Virus record (IMG/VR): IMGVR_UViG_3300023218_000062
Length of the DNA stretch: 64,000 bases
Source: a virus
Lineage: Duplodnaviria; Caudoviricetes
Direction: 5' to 3' (one strand)
Shown here in pieces: positions 57,822-64,000 of this stretch. The position numbers were made by a program, and so were the translations under genes. Positions within the stretch are counted from its first letter, which is position 1; each line of letters begins with the position of its first letter. Under the pieces are notes generated by a model. The model was not told where the DNA came from. It was given only the letters and a program-made list of their open reading frames with translations, and ran no database searches.

Positions 57822-58507
57822 TACCAATCTATTATCAATGTGACTTCTGTGATAAGACATTTGTAAATGAAAAGAACTTAAAAAAACATAATTGTGATTT
57901 TAAAGATCGTTATGAATTTATCGTAAATACCCCAGTTGGCCAATCTATGTATAGTTTATATATTTTTTGGTTGAGATCTAATGCAAAAAATACGAAATAT
58001 GTTGACAAGCATACTTTTATACATTCTATACATTATAAGCCGTTTAAAAGATTTATGGATTTTTGCAAGAAAAAATCTATACCAAACAAAAAAACATATA
58101 TAAAAATATGTAATAGTTATAATTTATCTCCTAAAGATTGGTCTAATGAAAGTACGTATGAAACTTTTTTAGAAATATATGATGAATTGATACCTGTAAA
58201 CAAACAAATAGATATATCACTTGAAACATTATATCAGCTTTCGGATGCTTTAGAGATAGAAATAAATAACGTGTTTACGGAATTGGATCCTCGGGATGTT
58301 GCAAAACTGATTAAGAGTAGAAAAATATCTCCATGGTTATTTTTAAACAGCAAAAAGTTTAAAGAGTTCTTAATTAATTATGCTAGTGCTGATATAAGAA
58401 ACCATATACAAAAATCAACAAATACAGAACGATGGAAGGAAATATTTAATAAAAACTCTAAAAAACGTAATACAGTTCGCAAAATAATTAAACAGTTAGG
58501 GTTGTAA
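57818..58507 (+). CDS. Hypothetical protein with N-terminal C2H2-like zinc finger
   Basis: YQCDFCDKTFVNEKNLKKHNC. Confidence 0.6.
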   Translation: MIPIYYQCDFCDKTFVNEKNLKKHNCDFKDRYEFIVNTPVGQSMYSLYIFWLRSNAKNTKYVDKHTFIHSIHYKPFKRFMDFCKKKSIPNKKTYIKICNSYNLSPKDWSNESTYETFLEIYDELIPVNKQIDISLETLYQLSDALEIEINNVFTELDPRDVAKLIKSRKISPWLFLNSKKFKEFLINYASADIRNHIQKSTNTERWKEIFNKNSKKRNTVRKIIKQLGL

Positions 58508-58613
58508 TATATTCTTATATTATACTATATGGATGGGTGGTTTTCTTCTTGACAATTTATTTTTATCGTTAACGATAAATAAGTAATGAATAAATATTTT
58601 TAATTTATACTAA

Positions 58614-59249
58614 ATGGTTAACTGTCAATCATCCTCATATGAAATAAATAAAACTGATTCTGGAACTGATCCTATATTACTATTAAAGGGTAAGATAGAC
58701 CAAGATTCACTTGATATAACCTTACTCGGGAAGAGACGTAGAGAATATGGTGAAATTTTTAATGAAAATTTACTTCATCTTCTAGAAAATTTTGCTTCAC
58801 CTGAAGATTCTTCAAATCCGGGAAATCCAGATACATCGGTAACATCAGGAAATTTATTAGAAAATCCTACGGTTGGCCAGTTTTGGTATAATTCGACAGT
58901 TCATCATTTATATTATTATACCGGCACTAAATGGAAATCATTATCCCAATCAGGTGATGTGGCAGGAAATTATGGGACTATCCTTGATGGTGAACAAATA
59001 CCACAACCAGTTAGTCCTGTTACAGGATATATTTTTCCATACTCGGAATGTACGTGGGTAGTGTCTCCAACAGGATATGATTCTAATATAGATTTTATGA
59101 AATGTTTTACTGATTTAGCAGCAAACGTTGTGTTTAAATTTAGAAAAAATGGGTCTTCTACCCTGTTTAGTGGGATTGCGAACTATTTGATAATAGGAAT
59201 TCGGAACGATAGCAATGCTGGCGAGCAAATAATGCCACAAGATCCATAA
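58614..59249 (+). CDS. Virion fibre/baseplate-anchor paralogue 1
   Basis: [35 protein letters not shown]; shared with 59489 and 61710. Confidence 0.6.
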   Translation: MVNCQSSSYEINKTDSGTDPILLLKGKIDQDSLDITLLGKRRREYGEIFNENLLHLLENFASPEDSSNPGNPDTSVTSGNLLENPTVGQFWYNSTVHHLYYYTGTKWKSLSQSGDVAGNYGTILDGEQIPQPVSPVTGYIFPYSECTWVVSPTGYDSNIDFMKCFTDLAANVVFKFRKNGSSTLFSGIANYLIIGIRNDSNAGEQIMPQDP

Positions 59250-59306
59250 TATTCAGATGCGTAAAAGTTATAAATATAACTTGATTATAAATAATTTTTT
59301 AAAATA

Positions 59307-59480
59307 ATGTACATATTAGTTAACACAAAAAATGTTATAGTAGCAAGCTCAAATAGAAAACCCAGCGAAGAAATGGCGTCTGCCAACAATCAGCGGGTAT
59401 ATGAATTGGATGACTCCGAGTTTAATACGGAAATGATAGGATCAGTGTTAGAAGATTTTATATTGGTAGAGGAAAACTAA
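59307..59480 (+). CDS. Small 57-aa late protein
   Basis: Manual translation MYILVNTKN...; TATAAATA at 59269 and 59286. Confidence 0.55.
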   Translation: MYILVNTKNVIVASSNRKPSEEMASANNQRVYELDDSEFNTEMIGSVLEDFILVEEN

Positions 59481-59488
59481 AAATTTCA

Positions 59489-61135
59489 ATGTCTGAATAT
59501 AAACTAGATTTTACTGACATACAAACAGATTCTATATTTGTAGATTCTCGTGATATTGATACAGAGAGTGTTGATATAACTCTCTTTGGGTTTAAACGAT
59601 TAAATTATGGAGAAGAATTAAATGAGAATTTTGTACATCTCTTAGAAAATTTTGCATCAGAAGAAGACCCCTCTAATCCCGGTAACCCAGATACGTCTAA
59701 AACTAATTCTATTATTTCTCCCAATGGCGATCCTTTATTAAAAAATGGAAAGCAAATAGAGGGTCAAATTTGGTTTAATAAATCTAATTTTTTACCATAC
59801 ATATATCATGATAATGAATGGAGACCTTTAGATGCTGTTGGTGAAGAAATAACGGCAAATTGGGGCCAAATATTAAATGGAGAACAGATACCAAGACCTG
59901 CAACAAATGACGGATATGTTTTTCCTTACTCAGAATGTAGTTGGATTGTATCTCCTTTTAATCAGTTGGATACTTTAGAAACTATGGTATGTAGAACCGA
60001 TGAAAATGCTAATGTTACCATGGAATATGTATTTTCGGGGTCGGGCTCTCCAGAATCTGCTGTAGCAAATTATATGATTGTAGGGATTACAGGTAATAAT
60101 AATTTAGGTGATATTCAAGATCCTAATCCACCCCCTACGCCTACTCCTTCAGGAAGCATGGGGGCGACGCCTACACCTTCGGCAAGTGTAGGGGCCTCAC
60201 CTACGCCTACACCTACGCCTACACCCGATTCATTAACTCTGACTATTAATGATCCGTTCTCTGCATCATGTGCTGCTAGCTCTGGCAGTCAATGTATTGC
60301 TACAGATCAAATAGTCTTAGGAACGGATTATAATATCGCTGGTGGTAGTGGTAACTTTTCTTATAATTGGAGTTATTTTGGCGGGGATGTGTTTAGTATA
60401 TCTAATCCGTCAAGCCCTAATCCTAGTCTTAGTAGAAAATTGTTCACCGGATTAACCGGATCAGGCATCGGAACTATTCAAGTTTCTGACCTAGAAACAG
60501 GAGAAACCACATTTGGATCTTTTACATTTAATACTATACATAACGAATCATTGGCACCAACTCCAAGCCAGACTCCTACTTCTACACCTGCACCATCAAA
60601 TAGTGCAGATGTGACACCAACACCCACGCCTACACCATCAAATAGTGCGGGTGTAACTCCAACTCCTACACCATCAATTAGTGCAACTCCTACGCCCACT
60701 CCTACGCCCACTCCTACACCATCAGAAATATTGAGTGGGACCATTTCGGATGGTGCAATAACTACAGTGGCGGTGGTCACAGATAATCCAGCAACATTAT
60801 CAATATCATTATTAACTGATGGTTCAATCGACGGAAACCCATCAAATAGTACTACGGGAGCAAACACATGGGCAATATTTAATTCCGGCTTTGATGCGTC
60901 GGACTTTAATTATCAAATAATTGATATACAACAAGCAAATGTATTATCATTTACAGGGCCGTCAGAAGGTTCTGTTGGAAGTTTATCGAGTGACTTAATA
61001 TACAGTGCAGAAATGGGCGGTAGCTCAGTAGACCGAAACTTAACTATAATCTTAGATATCGTAGATGTTAATAATTCCACTAATGTTGGACGGATAAATT
61101 TAACCTTAACGACTGAACCCTCTACTGCTCCATAA
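59489..61135 (+). CDS. Virion fibre paralogue 2 with Pro/Thr linkers
   Basis: YGEELNENFVHLLENFAS anchor, two PT-rich linkers, two beta-rich distal domains. Confidence 0.65.
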   Translation: MSEYKLDFTDIQTDSIFVDSRDIDTESVDITLFGFKRLNYGEELNENFVHLLENFASEEDPSNPGNPDTSKTNSIISPNGDPLLKNGKQIEGQIWFNKSNFLPYIYHDNEWRPLDAVGEEITANWGQILNGEQIPRPATNDGYVFPYSECSWIVSPFNQLDTLETMVCRTDENANVTMEYVFSGSGSPESAVANYMIVGITGNNNLGDIQDPNPPPTPTPSGSMGATPTPSASVGASPTPTPTPTPDSLTLTINDPFSASCAASSGSQCIATDQIVLGTDYNIAGGSGNFSYNWSYFGGDVFSISNPSSPNPSLSRKLFTGLTGSGIGTIQVSDLETGETTFGSFTFNTIHNESLAPTPSQTPTSTPAPSNSADVTPTPTPTPSNSAGVTPTPTPSISATPTPTPTPTPTPSEILSGTISDGAITTVAVVTDNPATLSISLLTDGSIDGNPSNSTTGANTWAIFNSGFDASDFNYQIIDIQQANVLSFTGPSEGSVGSLSSDLIYSAEMGGSSVDRNLTIILDIVDVNNSTNVGRINLTLTTEPSTAP

Positions 61136-61206
61136 TGATAATCTTAAATTTTAATCAAATATAATAAATATAAATATAAATGTAGTGACAAAAAAGGAGA
61201 ACTAAA

Positions 61207-61662
61207 ATGGAATTAATAATTTTAGGAGTAGGAGCAGTAATTATGGGCCTTGTGGTATTTGCCTTTGTACGTAGTGGAAATGATAATAATTCGGAAAATA
61301 TTACAGAAGTTGATGATACTTTTGTTTCATTTTCTTCGTTTGAACAACTTCCAAATGAAAATGTTCAAACTAGTATAAAATTTGTAAAAGATGGTAGGGT
61401 TTTGAAATCTTCTATAGTGTTGGGAAATATTTTAACCGATGAAGATATTGGTTCTTGGGGAATTGATTCTTTTAATAATACACCAAGTTTTGCTCTAGTT
61501 GACATCGAAGGAAATTTATCTGGGCCTAGAAATGGAATATTAGATTCTACTATTGAATGGTTTATAACACCAGCACAAAGAAGTAGCGCTATAATTGAAT
61601 TAACCGATGGAGTTACGACTAAGCGATTTAGGATTATATTAACATCGCGGGTTATCGGATAA
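61207..61662 (+). CDS. Hypothetical protein with N-terminal membrane anchor
   Basis: MELIILGVGAVIMGLVVFAFV; AGGAG RBS; late promoter 61169. Confidence 0.6.
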   Translation: MELIILGVGAVIMGLVVFAFVRSGNDNNSENITEVDDTFVSFSSFEQLPNENVQTSIKFVKDGRVLKSSIVLGNILTDEDIGSWGIDSFNNTPSFALVDIEGNLSGPRNGILDSTIEWFITPAQRSSAIIELTDGVTTKRFRIILTSRVIG

Positions 61663-61709
61663 TTATTAAAGGATTTACAATTATATAATTGTAGATTATA
61701 ATATATAAA

Positions 61710-63086
61710 GTGATTACATATAATATAAATTTTACAGATTCGACCAAAGAGCCTATACAAGTCGAAGAAAAAGGTCTAAATGACTCTTTTAGCGTAAAAT
61801 TTCCCGGACGTATAAAACTTGAATGGGGAGAAGATGTAAATGAAAATTTATTACATCTTTTAGAAAAATTTGCGGTATCAGCCGAATCTACTGAAAATAT
61901 AAATGTACCAGATGATGCCGCTTCTAATCAAATATTAGCTAACCCTGTAGAAGGACAATTATGGTTTAACAAAACAAATACTAGATTATATTCCTATAAT
62001 GGTACTGAATGGATACCATATACAATAAATGGCCAAGAATATGGTGCGAACTGGGGGCAAATAAATCACGGTGAACAAATACCATTACCCGTTTCCCCTG
62101 CAGGGTACAATTTCACATATGAAGAATGTATATGGACAATATCACCATTTACATATTTTGATGGCTTTGATTATGTTCAGTGCTTTTCTGACATAATAGA
62201 TTCTACGGTTACGATGATATATAAAAATAATTCCGGTGAAGTAATAGAGGGCGTTGCTAATTATTTAATCGTGGGAATTAGAGGAAATGGAAATTTGGGA
62301 GAATTTATTACACCTTTACCAATTCCTTCACCTACACCTACACCTACATCATCAATAACACCATCAGTAACACCTACTTCTACACCAACACCAACATCAA
62401 CACCAACACCAACACCATCAAATAGTGCTGGAGTTACTTCTACACCAACACCAACATCTACACCATCAAATAGTGCTGGAGCTACTTCTACACCAACACC
62501 AACATCTACACCATCAAATAGTGCTGGAGCTACTTCTACACCAACACCAACACTAACACCAACACCAACACCATCAAATAGTGCTGGAGTCACTTCTACA
62601 CCAACACCGACACCTACACCATCAAATAGTGCTACACCAACTCCAACACCTACTTCTACACCTACACCAACACCATCTACTTCTATCACTGATGATGGAA
62701 ACGTAGTAGAAGGCCCTACTGATATAACTAATATAGAAGATGCGGGCGTTACGATATCAACAATAGAGTTTTCATCAACCGGCGGAATTTTCACAAGCAA
62801 TTCAGCAAACTCTAATTGGTTAAATGGTCCTTTCCGTGCTGGCGAAGATGGGTCAGATTTTACATATACAATATCCCCAGACGTGGATGGAACAGATAAT
62901 GGTGCTTCATACCCACCACTTTCGGGTGATTTATCATCTACAATTTCGTTTATTTCTCAAACTAACACGAATGGAAACGGATCATTGACTGCAACTATGA
63001 CAATAACTGGCCCTAGAAATAGTGGGGTATTTAATATATCCGTATTTGCCGGAAGTAGCGGTGGCGGCGGCGGTAACCCAGTATGA
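61710..63086 (+). CDS. Virion fibre paralogue 3 with long Pro/Thr linker
   Basis: [17 protein letters not shown] anchor, ~120-aa PT linker, beta-rich C-domain. Confidence 0.65.
   Translation: MITYNINFTDSTKEPIQVEEKGLNDSFSVKFPGRIKLEWGEDVNENLLHLLEKFAVSAESTENINVPDDAASNQILANPVEGQLWFNKTNTRLYSYNGTEWIPYTINGQEYGANWGQINHGEQIPLPVSPAGYNFTYEECIWTISPFTYFDGFDYVQCFSDIIDSTVTMIYKNNSGEVIEGVANYLIVGIRGNGNLGEFITPLPIPSPTPTPTSSITPSVTPTSTPTPTSTPTPTPSNSAGVTSTPTPTSTPSNSAGATSTPTPTSTPSNSAGATSTPTPTLTPTPTPSNSAGVTSTPTPTPTPSNSATPTPTPTSTPTPTPSTSITDDGNVVEGPTDITNIEDAGVTISTIEFSSTGGIFTSNSANSNWLNGPFRAGEDGSDFTYTISPDVDGTDNGASYPPLSGDLSSTISFISQTNTNGNGSLTATMTITGPRNSGVFNISVFAGSSGGGGGNPV
62413..62680 (+). repeat. 48/60-bp coding tandem repeats (TPTPSNSAG[VA]TS)
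   Basis: CACCATCAAATAG at 62413, 62461, 62509, 62569, 62617. Confidence 0.85.
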
Positions 63087-63841
63087 AGAAAATACAAAAT
63101 GTGAAAACACGTCAATCTAGTAAACAAGAAAATGATAAAATACTGGCTCTTAAATCTAAAAAAAAATATTATCTTAAGAATACTGACTGGACCCAAATAA
63201 ATGATGTAAGAATTAAAAACAATGATGAAATAAAGAAATGGCGTAAACGTTTAAGAGATTTTGACATAGATGACCTCTCATATGAACAGTCTGAAAAAGA
63301 ATTAGAAAAAATTATATCTGAGATGCCAATGCCAATTATAGGAAAAAAGGTTGACACTGTTGACAAAGAAAAAGAGTACAATAGTGACGATATATCTACT
63401 GTATATAAAGAATTAAAAACGATAAAGGAGAATATATCTACCATATATAAAGAACTGGATAACGATAATGAAATAATAGAATTAGAAGAACAGGAATTTA
63501 GAAATGTAATCTTAAAATTGTTTACTGAAGATGCCAATAAATTATTAATGGAAAATGGAATATTGGAATATAACCTGATGACTATTTTATTGGAAGAAGC
63601 GATAGATAGACAATTTTCAGATGATAGCTATGGACCATTATTAGATCAATATTTGGAATCTTTAAATTCGTTATCGTTGGAAGAAATTATTAGCAATTGC
63701 AGGAGTTTCTTCAAAAATATTAATGGTTTGTATACTAACATAGCTAAACAACGAGCAAGGATGTATAATATGTCTATAGACTCTTTAAATAATTGGTGTG
63801 TAGAAAATGGACATAGATATAGATGTTACAACAACGACTAA
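63083..63841 (+). CDS. Tail-fibre assembly chaperone-like protein
   Basis: [11 protein letters not shown]...WRKRLRD motif; follows fibre genes. Confidence 0.6.
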   Translation: MKKIQNVKTRQSSKQENDKILALKSKKKYYLKNTDWTQINDVRIKNNDEIKKWRKRLRDFDIDDLSYEQSEKELEKIISEMPMPIIGKKVDTVDKEKEYNSDDISTVYKELKTIKENISTIYKELDNDNEIIELEEQEFRNVILKLFTEDANKLLMENGILEYNLMTILLEEAIDRQFSDDSYGPLLDQYLESLNSLSLEEIISNCRSFFKNINGLYTNIAKQRARMYNMSIDSLNNWCVENGHRYRCYNND

Positions 63842-64000
63842 CCCGCCTGATATATTCAATAATATAACATCTGCTTCTATAGTAGAAAATGGAGAACTAA
63901 AGCGACATAATGTTGGATATTATTTTCAGAATATACCAATAGATCCTCACACGGGATTATCAGCAATACCATATAAAAAGGCATTAGATTTTGATTATTT
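63807..64000 (+). CDS. Hypothetical protein, partial (runs off right edge)
   Basis: Open frame from ATG 63807 ([14 protein letters not shown]...). Confidence 0.5.
   Translation, partial: MDIDIDVTTTTNPPDIFNNITSASIVENGELKRHNVGYYFQNIPIDPHTGLSAIPYKKALDFDY

Noticed and set aside
57818-58507. gp59 helicase-loader assignment
   Set aside because: Plausible from size and context, but no motif I can recognise
62413-62680. CRISPR-like array or DGR template
   Set aside because: Repeats are in-frame coding units without unique spacers; no reverse transcriptase or adenine-specific variant pair seen
271-63537. Many antisense or overlapping ORFs in the track (e.g. 271..669, 10946..11686, 33622..34350, 60478..60867, 62261..62800)
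   Set aside because: They shadow well-supported genes on the other strand or frame, have no RBS and show reverse-complement composition (e.g. GVGVGV mirrors of PT repeats)

Overview
64 kb of an AT-rich, T4-like (gp23/gp20/gp21/gp55-type) jumbo myophage genome. It holds baseplate genes, RuvC, a DinG-like helicase, gp46/47/55, tape measure, portal, protease, scaffold, major capsid, neck proteins, DnaB-like helicase, terminase, gp32/UvsX/UvsY/UvsW, clamp loader, GroES and tail-fibre-like paralogues. Main results: (1) The terminase large subunit is fractured into three ORFs by two atypically split inteins, so the mature ~529-aa enzyme would need three-piece protein trans-splicing. One split holds an intact free-standing endonuclease gene, the other a collapsed HNH remnant. 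(2) A promoter-driven, highly base-paired ~360-nt ncRNA candidate is followed by an origin-like G-tract/iteron/hairpin region. (3) A spacer motif TCAWGM sits at a fixed position in promoters of replication/recombination genes. (4) A frameshifted terminase-ATPase paralogue lacks its Walker A GKT. (5) Three Hef-like endonucleases carry a Mom/GNAT-like C-terminal domain. (6) A TnpB remnant lies next to a truncated kinase-like gene. No tRNA or CRISPR array was seen. All calls are by eye from motifs; no searches were run.
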